Shown one piece after another: positions 1 to 8,915 of a stretch of 64,000 bases of DNA. A program made the position numbers and the translations under genes. The first letter of the stretch is position 1. Each line of letters begins with the position of its first letter. The notes under the pieces are model-generated. The model saw only the letters and a list, made by a program, of their open reading frames with translations, was not told the DNA's origin and did not search any database. The DNA is from Minisyncoccota bacterium. GTDB taxonomy: Bacteria > Patescibacteriota > Microgenomatia > UBA1400 > PJMF01. The stretch covers positions 4,343-68,342 of the forward strand of contig JABGTR010000022.1 of the NCBI GenBank assembly GCA_018646985.1, in the 5' to 3' direction.

Positions 1-59
1 TCCAAAGCAAATGAGGTCTTGCCAACTGCGGTGGGACCAACAATCGAGAGTATCTTCAA
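1..59 (-). CDS. miaA: tRNA dimethylallyltransferase MiaA, 5' end only (runs off the window)
   Basis: Minus strand from TTG at 59 reads (M)KILSIVGPTAVGKTSFAL, the MiaA N-terminal P-loop; the start overlaps the miaB TGA stop. Confidence 0.85.
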   Translation of the reverse strand, partial: MKILSIVGPTAVGKTSFAL

Positions 60-1207
60 ACTACCTTTGGTCTAATTTGTAAGTTATCTTTATTAATTAT
101 CTGATCCAAAATCTCCCAGCGCTTCTTCTTCACATGATGAGGAATATTGTCAGGATAAATTTTCCAACCCGCAGTGCCTGGTCTAGGAGAGTAGATAGCC
201 ACAAAACCCACGTGCCAATCCATCTGTTTAGCCAAATCCACAGTTTCTTGAAACTCAGCCTCTGTCTCTCCAGCAAAACCAACCACAATATCTGTTCCGA
301 TCACAATCTCAGGATCTGCTTTTTTGAGTTTATCTACCACTTCAATATATCTCTCCCGGGTATAGCCACGATTCATCCGATAGAGCACTTCATTGCTCCC
401 AGACTGAATTGGCAAATGGACATAGCGATCAATTTTCTTGTTGCGGCCAATTTCTTCAATCAATTCATCATGAAAATCCCAAGGATTACTACTCATAAAC
501 CTAATCATCTTAATTTGATCAAATTGTGAGATATCCTGAAGCAGCTTCACAAAGGGTGGAGTGCCTTGAGGTGCTAAATACTGCGATTGATTGTCTGGCA
601 AATCCTCTCGATTGAAATCCTTATTTTCCATCATCATTTTTCGAAAACCAATTCCCACTTTTTCTAGTCCCCAGGAGTTAACATTCATTCCCAATAGCGT
701 AATCTCCTCATAACCCTGATCAGCTAGATTTTTAACCTCTTGCATGATTTCTTCTTTGCTGCGGGATTTCTCTCTACCTCGAGAGTAGGGCACAATACAG
801 TAGGTACAAAAAGAGTTGCAGCCAGTCGAAATCGGAATCCAGGCATGTTTTTTATCTTTTCGAATCGCTGCTTGATTAAAACCAACTTCATTTATCGGCA
901 AAATTTCATCAACTTCCGGCAATCTTTCTAAAAGTTTTTGATTGCCATGGTGAACCATGCAGCCAGTTAAGATAATTTTAGGTTGGGGTTGAGCAGACTG
1001 TTTGAAATGCTCGGTGACGTTATATAAAAAGCCTTCTGCTTTATCTTCAGCTCGCTGTCTGACTGCGCAGGTATTAATCACCAACTCATCACATTCGTGC
1101 CAATCTTTGGCCTCAGTGTAACCGCGGGCAAAATAATCACCCGCAATTCGCTCTGAGTCTGACTTATTAGATTGGCAACCAAAAGTATGGATAAAAAATG
1201 AAGGCAT
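56..1207 (-). CDS. miaB: tRNA methylthiotransferase MiaB (radical SAM), no C-terminal TRAM domain
   Basis: UPF0004 motifs TFGCQxN, INTCAVR and TGCM; radical SAM motif GCNSFCTYCIVPYSRG; HLPIQSGS; adjacent to miaA. Start moved to ATG 1207 (MPSFFIHTFGC). Confidence 0.9.
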   Translation of the reverse strand: MPSFFIHTFGCQSNKSDSERIAGDYFARGYTEAKDWHECDELVINTCAVRQRAEDKAEGFLYNVTEHFKQSAQPQPKIILTGCMVHHGNQKLLERLPEVDEILPINEVGFNQAAIRKDKKHAWIPISTGCNSFCTYCIVPYSRGREKSRSKEEIMQEVKNLADQGYEEITLLGMNVNSWGLEKVGIGFRKMMMENKDFNREDLPDNQSQYLAPQGTPPFVKLLQDISQFDQIKMIRFMSSNPWDFHDELIEEIGRNKKIDRYVHLPIQSGSNEVLYRMNRGYTRERYIEVVDKLKKADPEIVIGTDIVVGFAGETEAEFQETVDLAKQMDWHVGFVAIYSPRPGTAGWKIYPDNIPHHVKKKRWEILDQIINKDNLQIRPKVV

Positions 1208-1250
1208 GTCTTGTATTTTACCAGTAAAAACTGGCTGACCCTGATACAAT

Positions 1251-2453
1251 ATGCGAGTGAAAAAATATCAGCAACAATTTTTAAAAAGAAACGTGGGCAC
1301 CTTTTATCTCACCAATGGCTTTGCATCATTGATCTTTGTGGCTGCCACCTGGGCTGCTTACGAGCTTCAGTATCTAACTTTCTCTCAACTAACCATTGCG
1401 GAGAGTTTAATCATGTTCACTCAGCTAGTAATGGAACTACCAACCGGCGCACTCGCAGACATGATTGGTAAAAAAATCACCGTGATTATTAGTCATTTCT
1501 TAAGATCAGCCTCGATGTTGGCTTTTGCTTTTGCCGACTCTTTTCCCGAATTTGTTCTTTTTGCAGTTCTCTTAGGGCTGGGAGAGGCGATGGGCTCAGG
1601 TGCTGGAGAGGCATTACTTTTTGATACGCTCAAACAAGTCGGAATTGAAAAAGATTTTTCTAAATACTCAAGTAAGTTTGGGCTAATTTTTCAAATCGGC
1701 CTAGCGATCTCGGTGATCATAGGCGGTTTTATGGATTTAGTCTGGTTTAGATTACCAGCCATTAGCTATGCAGTCGCCTCATTTTTGGCTGGCATTGCTA
1801 GTATCCGTTTTATCGAACCAACGATTGATACTCAAAAATTTACTCTCAAAAACTATATTCTGCAAACTAAAAATGGCATCAAGGAAATTACAAAGAGTAG
1901 CTATGCTAAAAAAATATCTCTTTTTTATGTTTTGGTATCAGGAACTACCTGGATAGTAGCTTACAGCTTTAAAACTATCTTGCTGACAGATTTAGGATTT
2001 ACCTCTCCACAAATAGGTATTTTTCAATCTTTAGCTAGGGTGGTGGGGAGCATACTGTTGTTTAGAGTGATCAGTAAAACAAAATTCATCACTAAAAAAA
2101 TGGCCTTCTATCTATTCCCAATTTTAATTATCATCTCCATGACTCCAGTCTACTGGCTATCGAAATGGGCCACTCTGCCTTTTGTAGCTGTAATCATGCT
2201 CGCCTCATCTGCGAGGTGGTCTGTTTTGTCTGGCTACACTAATGAAGTTTTTTCATCTAAAAACAGAGCCACTGCTATCTCAACTCTGAGCATGGCCGTT
2301 AGCTTAATTTTTGTGATTGTCATGACTGCCTCCGGACCAATTATGGAGTTCTTTGATGGTGCACCGATTATCTTTACAATTTTAGGAATATTAGCCGTGG
2401 TGACAACTTTGCCGATGGGAATTCATTTGGCAAGATACCATTCAGAAGAATAA
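1251..2453 (+). CDS. MFS transporter
   Basis: 400 aa, about 12 hydrophobic segments, motif A-like ELPTGALADMIGKK. Confidence 0.85.
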   Translation: MRVKKYQQQFLKRNVGTFYLTNGFASLIFVAATWAAYELQYLTFSQLTIAESLIMFTQLVMELPTGALADMIGKKITVIISHFLRSASMLAFAFADSFPEFVLFAVLLGLGEAMGSGAGEALLFDTLKQVGIEKDFSKYSSKFGLIFQIGLAISVIIGGFMDLVWFRLPAISYAVASFLAGIASIRFIEPTIDTQKFTLKNYILQTKNGIKEITKSSYAKKISLFYVLVSGTTWIVAYSFKTILLTDLGFTSPQIGIFQSLARVVGSILLFRVISKTKFITKKMAFYLFPILIIISMTPVYWLSKWATLPFVAVIMLASSARWSVLSGYTNEVFSSKNRATAISTLSMAVSLIFVIVMTASGPIMEFFDGAPIIFTILGILAVVTTLPMGIHLARYHSEE

Positions 2454-2461
2454 AAGCCTTG

Positions 2462-2534
2462 AGGCACGGGCGGGATTCGAACCCGCGAACGAAGGTTTTG
2501 CAGACCTTGCCATTAACCACTCTGGTACCGTGCC
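2462..2534 (-). tRNA. tRNA-Cys(GCA)
   Basis: Cloverleaf GGCACGG...CCGTGCC-U73; anticodon arm AAGGT-CTGCAAA-ACCTT; T-loop TTCGAAT; CCA not encoded. Confidence 0.95.
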
Positions 2535-2644
2535 AAGATATTCTATTATATTACAGACCCATAATTTTAAACAAAGTGAAAAAATTCTGTAGGTATGTAA
2601 GATGCAAAGCTACCTGCTTTATTTATCCTGTATAATACCTACCT

Positions 2645-3604
2645 ATGACAAAAAAAGAACCAACTAAAAAAACCGTTAAAAAAGATAAAAAAACAGAGCA
2701 GCCCAGCATTGTTTCTGACAACACCAAACTCAAGTTAAAATTAGTTTGGAACGATATCGAGACAGAATACGACAAAGTCCTCAAAGCTTCAGCCAAAAAT
2801 GTTAAATCTCAAGGCTTCAGAAAAGGCAAAGTTCCTCTTAAAGTTGCTGCAGAAAAAATCGGTAAAGAAAAACTTATTAACAAAGTTCTCGAAACGTTAA
2901 TTCCCCCCAGATACGATGACTTAATCGAAAAAGAAAAGAAGCAGCCATTAACCCAACCCCAGATCAATCCCATCAGTATGGAATGGGGCAAAGACTGGGA
3001 GCTTGAGATCCAAATTGCCGAGAAACCATCCATCAAACTAGACAACTACAAGAAATCTGTTAAAAAGGGCCTAAAAGAGGCTCTCAAGCAGCTCAAGGAG
3101 CAAGAGAAAGCCGTTGCTAAAGAGGTTAAGGAGAGTAAAGACAAGGAAACTAAAAAAACCACTCCAGAACAAACAGCCGCCAAGAAGAGAGAAACTAAGC
3201 TTCACCATATATTTAAAACTTTAGTTGAAGATGCTGGACCTCAGATTCCAGAGCTATTGCTGAAGGATGAGACTAAACGTGAAATCCAACGAATGGCTAA
3301 GGAACTTGAGAAAATGGGTCTATCTCTAGATGATTATCTGACTAGAAGAGGCCAAAAGTTTGAGGAGATGTCATCTCAAATAGCTGCTCAGGTATTAGGT
3401 CAGCTTCAACTAGAATTTATTCTTCGAGAAATTGAAGAAAAAGAAAAGATTGAAGCAACCGATAAAGATAAAAAAGAAGAATTAGATAAAATTGAAGATA
3501 AAAAAATGAAAAAACAGATTGAAGACAATCATCACTATCTAGATCATTTTGCTAAACAGATCATTCGTCGCAAGCTGATTGATCAGCTACTAGAGATAAA
3601 ATAG
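2645..3604 (+). CDS. tig: Trigger factor lacking the central FKBP/PPIase domain
   Basis: Ribosome-binding signature GFRKGKVP; C-terminal domain IPELLLKDE; only 319 aa with a Lys/Glu-rich linker where the PPIase domain normally lies. Confidence 0.88.
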   Translation: MTKKEPTKKTVKKDKKTEQPSIVSDNTKLKLKLVWNDIETEYDKVLKASAKNVKSQGFRKGKVPLKVAAEKIGKEKLINKVLETLIPPRYDDLIEKEKKQPLTQPQINPISMEWGKDWELEIQIAEKPSIKLDNYKKSVKKGLKEALKQLKEQEKAVAKEVKESKDKETKKTTPEQTAAKKRETKLHHIFKTLVEDAGPQIPELLLKDETKREIQRMAKELEKMGLSLDDYLTRRGQKFEEMSSQIAAQVLGQLQLEFILREIEEKEKIEATDKDKKEELDKIEDKKMKKQIEDNHHYLDHFAKQIIRRKLIDQLLEIK

Positions 3605-3714
3605 TTAATAAACTCATTCTTTCCTAAAAAATTTCCTACTAGTACAATGAGGATAATTGTTTATAGCAATTATTGTCCTATAACATATTTGTATGCTATA
3701 ATACTGGATCATAA

Positions 3715-4389
3715 ATGAACAATTCAGGGAACTTAACCCCACCAGGAAACTCTAGTAAAAAAAACCAGAGTTCTTCCAATCCATTTGCCAGAGCTTTAGC
3801 TGAGTCTGAAAAGAGTGTTTTTGCTGATAAAAAACCTCAAGACGAGAAGAATAACTTATTTGGTGAAGCTTTAGCTAGAGCGGGTGGACAAATCCCACAA
3901 GAGAGCAATCCTGAGGATCTTGAAAAAAAACAGGCTGATCTTAAAAAAGAACAGAAAAAAGCTGAATTGCGTAAAAAACTTCATGATCAAGTCAACCCAG
4001 TGGATCAAAAAGATATTTTCAGTGCCAATAAAGAACGAACTAAGAAAGAGCTTGAGGAAGTTCGAAAAGAACTTAAGATATTGGCTAGAGAAATCAGTAA
4101 GTTCTACAAAGAAGTTGATATCCAAACTACTCAAGGAATTACTACTCAAGGTACTGAGGGTACTGGTCTTAAATCATATTTCCAGAATCTGAAGGCTTTC
4201 ATTATGCTTTTGACTCAAAAAGTTAAAAGTGCTCGCACCTGGATGAGAGCCCAAAAATCCAAGCAGCAACGGATGAAGGGTCGTAAGATCAAGGGTGGGA
4301 TGTCAGTTGATGGTAGTAGTGCAGAACAAGGCAAAACCGTTTTTGACATGATGCACCAAGAGAGAAGTACAGCTTACAGTGGAGCCTAA
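3715..4389 (+). CDS. Conserved coiled-coil hypothetical protein (DUF5660-like, Microgenomates type)
   Basis: 224-aa ORF after extended -10 TGCTATAAT; C-terminal segment YFQNLKAFIMLLTQKVKSARTW resembles DUF5660 as recalled (not searched). Confidence 0.6.
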   Translation: MNNSGNLTPPGNSSKKNQSSSNPFARALAESEKSVFADKKPQDEKNNLFGEALARAGGQIPQESNPEDLEKKQADLKKEQKKAELRKKLHDQVNPVDQKDIFSANKERTKKELEEVRKELKILAREISKFYKEVDIQTTQGITTQGTEGTGLKSYFQNLKAFIMLLTQKVKSARTWMRAQKSKQQRMKGRKIKGGMSVDGSSAEQGKTVFDMMHQERSTAYSGA

Positions 4390-4394
4390 ATTTG

Positions 4395-4468
4395 TGAACT
4401 CGAGAGGACTCGAACCTCTGACCTCTACAATGTCAATGTAGCGCTCTAACCAACTGAGCTACGAGTTC
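4395..4468 (-). tRNA. tRNA-Val(GAC)
   Basis: GAACTCG...CGAGTTC-A; D-arm AGCTCAGTTGGTTAGAGC; anticodon arm CTACA-TTGACAT-TGTAG; TTCGAGT. Confidence 0.95.
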
Positions 4469-4585
4469 TGCAAAGAACCAACATTATAACACCGACTATT
4501 TCCAGTTTCACAATCAAAAAACTCCTGGTATAATACACGCCTTACTGTATAAAATATTTATAACCAGAAAGTAAACACAACCATA

Positions 4586-5137
4586 GTGGGCAGACGCAAA
4601 TACAGCAAATTTAAAAAGAAAGACCGAATCGTTGTTAATAGAGCGATTCGTTTTCCTGAGGTCAGAGTAATCGACCACCAAGGAAGTCAAGTCGGCGTCA
4701 TGTCAGCTGACGAAGCCCTAGAAGAGGCTAAGCAGCAAAACAAAGACCTAGTCTTAATTACCGGTAGCGCCAAGCCACCAGTAGTCAAGATAATTGAGCT
4801 TTCTAAACATAAATATTGGCTACAGCAAAAAAAATCTGAGCAAAGAAAAAGTGCTAGACAGCAAGAAATAAAGGGAGTCAGACTCACACCATTTATTGAT
4901 GAAGGTGACTTTCAGACCAGATTGAAAAGAGTTGTCAGGTTCTTAGAAGATGGTGATAAAGTCAGAGTAGAAGTAGACTTTCGTCGAGGCAGACAACGAA
5001 CTAAAAAAGAATTTGGGTTTAAAAACTTTGAGCGAATTATTGAGGAAACTCTAGAATTAGCCGAGGTCGAAATCGCACCCAAATCAATCGGAACAAAAGT
5101 AATGATGCAGTTAAGACCAAAAGGAAAGCAAGCATGA
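4586..5137 (+). CDS. infC: Translation initiation factor IF-3
   Basis: NRAIRFPEVRVID, KDLVLI, KPPVVKI, FLEDGDKVRV; leads infC-rpmI-rplT; GTG start (exact start uncertain). Confidence 0.93.
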   Translation: MGRRKYSKFKKKDRIVVNRAIRFPEVRVIDHQGSQVGVMSADEALEEAKQQNKDLVLITGSAKPPVVKIIELSKHKYWLQQKKSEQRKSARQQEIKGVRLTPFIDEGDFQTRLKRVVRFLEDGDKVRVEVDFRRGRQRTKKEFGFKNFERIIEETLELAEVEIAPKSIGTKVMMQLRPKGKQA

Positions 5138-5337
5138 AAAAATATAAACAAAAAACTAGAAAAAGCGCCGCCGCTAGGTTTAAGGTGACTGGAACTGGTA
5201 AGGTCATGCGTCGCCGACAAAATTCTAGACATCTCCGCCGAAAGAAAAGTAAAAAAACTATTCGTAAATATCGTTTATTAGCTACAGTTACCGGCAAATA
5301 CGCGAAAAAAGTCAAACAAATGATGGGACTCGCTTAA
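5134..5337 (+). CDS. rpmI: 50S ribosomal protein L35
   Basis: KQKTRKSAAARFKVTGTGKVMRR. Confidence 0.95.
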   Translation: MKKYKQKTRKSAAARFKVTGTGKVMRRRQNSRHLRRKKSKKTIRKYRLLATVTGKYAKKVKQMMGLA

Positions 5338-5349
5338 GGAAATTAAATT

Positions 5350-5709
5350 ATGCCAAGAACAAAAACAGGATTCACTCGTCGTCGTCGCCACAAAAAAGTA
5401 CTCAAACTTACTAAAGGCTACCGCGGTACATACAATCGTTTAATTAAACGAGCTACTGAAGCTTTGCTTCATGCCGATCAATATTCTTTTATTGGTCGTA
5501 AGCTCCGTAAACGAAACTTCAGAAAACTGTGGATCATGAGAATTAATGCCGGAGTCAGACAGATTGATGCCAGTTTCAAGTACTCACACTTCATCGCTGC
5601 TTTGAATAAAGCCAACATCAAGATTAATCGTAAAATGATGGCTGAATTAGCAGTCAATAACCCAACTGCATTTAAAGCCATCGTTGACAAAAGTGGTCTC
5701 GGAAAATAA
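5350..5709 (+). CDS. rplT: 50S ribosomal protein L20
   Basis: MPRTKTG...RRRHKKVLKLTKGYRG; RKRNFRKLWIMRINA; INRKMMAELA. Confidence 0.97.
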   Translation: MPRTKTGFTRRRRHKKVLKLTKGYRGTYNRLIKRATEALLHADQYSFIGRKLRKRNFRKLWIMRINAGVRQIDASFKYSHFIAALNKANIKINRKMMAELAVNNPTAFKAIVDKSGLGK

Positions 5710-5721
5710 GATCAACTACAG

Positions 5722-5772
5722 ATGACAATTAAAAAAAACTCAGCCAACTCTTCCTTTTTTAGCCACTGCTAA
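5722..5772 (+). CDS. Putative pheM-like leader peptide MTIKKNSANSSFFSHC
   Basis: ATG 5722 to TAA 5772; tandem TTT-TTT Phe codons at 5755-5760 lie in the 5' arm of a hairpin upstream of a terminator and pheS. Confidence 0.6.
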   Translation: MTIKKNSANSSFFSHC

Positions 5773-5798
5773 GGGGGAAAGTTTTTGATAAAAAAACT

Positions 5799-5822
5799 AA
5801 CTCCCCAACAGGGGAGTTTTTT
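5799..5822 (+). terminator. Intrinsic terminator / attenuator hairpin before pheS
   Basis: AACTCCCC-AACA-GGGGAGTT followed by a T run. Confidence 0.85.
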
Positions 5823-5851
5823 AATGACAAAATGTACTAAAATGAATAAAC

Positions 5852-6913
5852 ATGACTAAAGATACAAAATCACTATCACAACTCAAACAAGCCATTGATA
5901 ATCTCAAGCAGCAGTTTGATGCTGAAGCTAAAGATGATGTTAGTAGTTTACAAAATAAGTATCTGGGTAAAAAAGGTCTCACTAATGACTTAATGAAGGG
6001 AATGAAAGATGTTCCCAAAGAAATGAGACCTACAGCTGGTCAATTGCTTAATGAACTCAAGGAAAACCTTCAACACCAATTAGAACTATTAGCTGAGAAG
6101 AAGCCTCTAAAAAACACTCATAAAATTGACCTGACTATGCCTGGCATCAAGCTCAAGATAGGTCACACACATCCTGTTTCTCAAGCCATGGAAGAGATTG
6201 CTCATATTTTTGAAAGAATTGGTTTTACTAGAGTTCGTTACCCAGAAGTAGATTGGGACTACTACGTCTTTGAATCACTCAACATGCCTCCCAGCCATCC
6301 AGCTCGCGACGAGTGGGAAACTTTCTTCGTAGACACACCCCAACACGATCAAATGGGAAAAATGGTTTTAACTACTCACACTTCTAATGGGCAAGTTAGG
6401 GAAATGGAGCGACTCAAAAGCAAACCTCCAATCCGAATGATTAATATTGCCCGTTGTTATCGCCGCCAGCAAGATGCGACCCACACTCAAATGTTTCATC
6501 AATTTGAAGGACTAGTGGTAGATAAGGGTATTAATATTCAACACCTTAAAGGCACCCTAGATCATTTTGCAGAACAATTTTATGGTCCTGGTACCAAGAG
6601 CCGCATTCGACCCTTCCACTTCCAATTTACTGAGCCTTCTTTTGAAGTAGATTTCAGCTGCCACATCTGCCATGGAACTGGTAAAAGAGGTAAAGAAAAA
6701 TGCAAGTTCTGTAAATCTGGCTGGCACGAAGTCGGTGGAGCTGGCATGGTTCATCCTAATGTTTTAAAAGCCGGTGGTATTGATCCAGAAGAATATACTG
6801 GCTTTGCTTTTGGCTGGGGAATAGAGCGCACCTATACTCTCAAAGAGGGCTTAAATATTGACGACATTAGACTTATTTACTCAGGAGATCTGAGATTTTT
6901 GGAGCAATTTTAA
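5852..6913 (+). CDS. pheS: Phenylalanine--tRNA ligase alpha subunit
   Basis: HPARDEWETF, THTSNGQVR, FHQFEGL, FQFTEPSFEVD, GAGMVHPNV, GFAFGWGIER; CxxC...CxxC insert. Confidence 0.97.
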   Translation: MTKDTKSLSQLKQAIDNLKQQFDAEAKDDVSSLQNKYLGKKGLTNDLMKGMKDVPKEMRPTAGQLLNELKENLQHQLELLAEKKPLKNTHKIDLTMPGIKLKIGHTHPVSQAMEEIAHIFERIGFTRVRYPEVDWDYYVFESLNMPPSHPARDEWETFFVDTPQHDQMGKMVLTTHTSNGQVREMERLKSKPPIRMINIARCYRRQQDATHTQMFHQFEGLVVDKGINIQHLKGTLDHFAEQFYGPGTKSRIRPFHFQFTEPSFEVDFSCHICHGTGKRGKEKCKFCKSGWHEVGGAGMVHPNVLKAGGIDPEEYTGFAFGWGIERTYTLKEGLNIDDIRLIYSGDLRFLEQF

Positions 6914-6914
6914 A

Positions 6915-8915
6915 ATGAACATTCTCATCCCGCACACCTGGCTATTGGAACACCTTGAAACTGAAGCAACTCCAATGGAAATTCAAAAATACCTTTCTTT
7001 GTCAGGACCATCTATAGAGCGCATTTATCAAACTGAGGGTGAAAGTGTTTATGATATTGAAGTCACTACCAATCGAGTTGACTCAATGAATATGCGTGGC
7101 ATTGCCCGTGAAGCAGCAGTAATTTTAAATCAAGCAGGAATCAAAACCACCCTCAAGCCTCTGCGAATTAATGATCAAGATTCACTTCAATTAACTAAAG
7201 CACTGCCACTACCAAAAATTTTTAATAATTCTGAATTTAATAAACGGACTATCTTCATAGTTCTAAAGAATATTAAACGTGCTGCTACTCCAAGTTGGAT
7301 GGCTAAAAGATTAGTCCAGACTGAGATGAACATTCACGACGCAGCGATTGATATTACCAACTATGTCACTCATGATGTTGGTCACCCCATCCACGCCTTT
7401 GACTACGACAAGCTAATGAATACTGGTGGAGAAATTCATATTGTCGAAGCAAAAAAGGGTGAGAAGTTTGCCACCTTAGATGGAGAAGAATTTGAAACAG
7501 TTGGTGGAGAAATAGTCTTTAAAAATAGCGAAGGTCAAATTATTGATTTACCTTCTATTAAAGGTACTGCCAATACTTCAATTGATGAAAGTACTCAAAA
7601 TGTGCTCTTACTAGCAGAATCAATCAGAGCTGATAAAGTCAGATTTGCGAGTATGACCCATGCCATCCGCACTACCGCTGCTCAATTAATGGAGAAAAAT
7701 ATTGATCCTCACTTAGCAAAAACTACAATTCTTAAAGCTGTCGAGCTCTACCAAGATCTATGTGGAGCTGAAGTTGGGAGTGATTTATATGATGATTTTT
7801 CAGGAGAATCTCAGCCAATTGAAATTAGCATCAGTATACAAAAAATAAATGATTACCTAGGTTTAGAAATTGATCAACAAGAAATTATCAAAATTCTCAC
7901 TGACCTAGAGTGTGAGGTTGAAACTCAAGGAAAGGGAGGGACCGCTGAGCTGGTGGTAACACCTCCTACTTTCAGACCAGATCTGACTATTTCAGTTGAC
8001 GTAGTTGAGGAAGTAGCCAGAATATATGGCTATCACAACCTTCCTAGTAAACTTATGGATACTCCTATTCCAACCACATATCCAAAAAACATTGATTTCA
8101 ATCTAGAAAATAAAATCAAACACTTTCTAGCTAACATTGGTTGGCAAGAAATCTATTCATATTCGTTGGTGAGTGAGAAAGTTGCTCTAGAATCTAACTA
8201 TAAAATCATGCAGCATCTTAAACTACAAAATCCTTTAACAGATGATCGAGTTTATCTCCGCCGTTCGCTTTTACCATCATTGGAGGAAATAATTGATACC
8301 AACTCCCAGCAAAAGAAATTATCTGTATTTGAAATTGCCAATATTTATCCACCGCAGAATAGCGATCATCTCCCAGATGAAAAAATGGTATTAAGCTTAG
8401 TTTCTACAAAAGAATACCGCTTGGTAAGAGGAATGCTTGAATCTCTCCTAAATCAGCTATTTATTACGAATCATGAAATAATTGACCATAAAAAAACAAC
8501 TAAACCATTTTCTCAATCAGCTGAAATTTTAGTTGAAAAAAATATAATCGGAACCATTGGAGTTCTAGAGTCTGGAAAAATTGGAGTTGAGATTGCATTC
8601 ACAAAACTACTCGAGATGACTAATACTCATCCCACTTATCAACCAATTCCTAAAAGCATGCCGATTATAGAAGACTTAACTTTTACACTCCCAAAAGAAA
8701 TAGCCGTCGGAGAGGTAATAACTACTCTCAAAAATACAGATAAGTTAATTACTGCTGTAGAACTAAAAGATATTTATAAGAAAAACTACACTTTCACCAT
8801 CAACTTTCATGATCTAAAAAGGAATCTGTCCGCATCAGATATAGAGCCAATCCGAAAAAGTATTGTCAAGCAAATTGAAAAACAACATCAGGCCAAACTA
8901 GTTGGTGAAGTATAA
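6915..8915 (+). CDS. pheT: Phenylalanine--tRNA ligase beta subunit (short form without the B2 OB domain)
   Basis: IEVTTNRVD, DITNYV, HPIHAFDYDK, PPTFRPDL...VEEVARIYGY, LRRSLLPSL; 666 aa. Confidence 0.93.
   Translation: MNILIPHTWLLEHLETEATPMEIQKYLSLSGPSIERIYQTEGESVYDIEVTTNRVDSMNMRGIAREAAVILNQAGIKTTLKPLRINDQDSLQLTKALPLPKIFNNSEFNKRTIFIVLKNIKRAATPSWMAKRLVQTEMNIHDAAIDITNYVTHDVGHPIHAFDYDKLMNTGGEIHIVEAKKGEKFATLDGEEFETVGGEIVFKNSEGQIIDLPSIKGTANTSIDESTQNVLLLAESIRADKVRFASMTHAIRTTAAQLMEKNIDPHLAKTTILKAVELYQDLCGAEVGSDLYDDFSGESQPIEISISIQKINDYLGLEIDQQEIIKILTDLECEVETQGKGGTAELVVTPPTFRPDLTISVDVVEEVARIYGYHNLPSKLMDTPIPTTYPKNIDFNLENKIKHFLANIGWQEIYSYSLVSEKVALESNYKIMQHLKLQNPLTDDRVYLRRSLLPSLEEIIDTNSQQKKLSVFEIANIYPPQNSDHLPDEKMVLSLVSTKEYRLVRGMLESLLNQLFITNHEIIDHKKTTKPFSQSAEILVEKNIIGTIGVLESGKIGVEIAFTKLLEMTNTHPTYQPIPKSMPIIEDLTFTLPKEIAVGEVITTLKNTDKLITAVELKDIYKKNYTFTINFHDLKRNLSASDIEPIRKSIVKQIEKQHQAKLVGEV

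Noticed and set aside
134-1956. Short alternative-frame and antisense ORFs in the track (e.g. 134-529, 740-931, 1211-1471, 1768-1956 and similar ones throughout)
   Set aside because: They overlap well-supported genes and show no recognisable motifs
3661-3701. Inverted repeat TTATAGCA...TGCTATAA as a second dif site or operator
   Set aside because: The arms are 25 bp apart, not 6; the right arm is simply an extended -10 (TGCTATAAT) for the downstream gene
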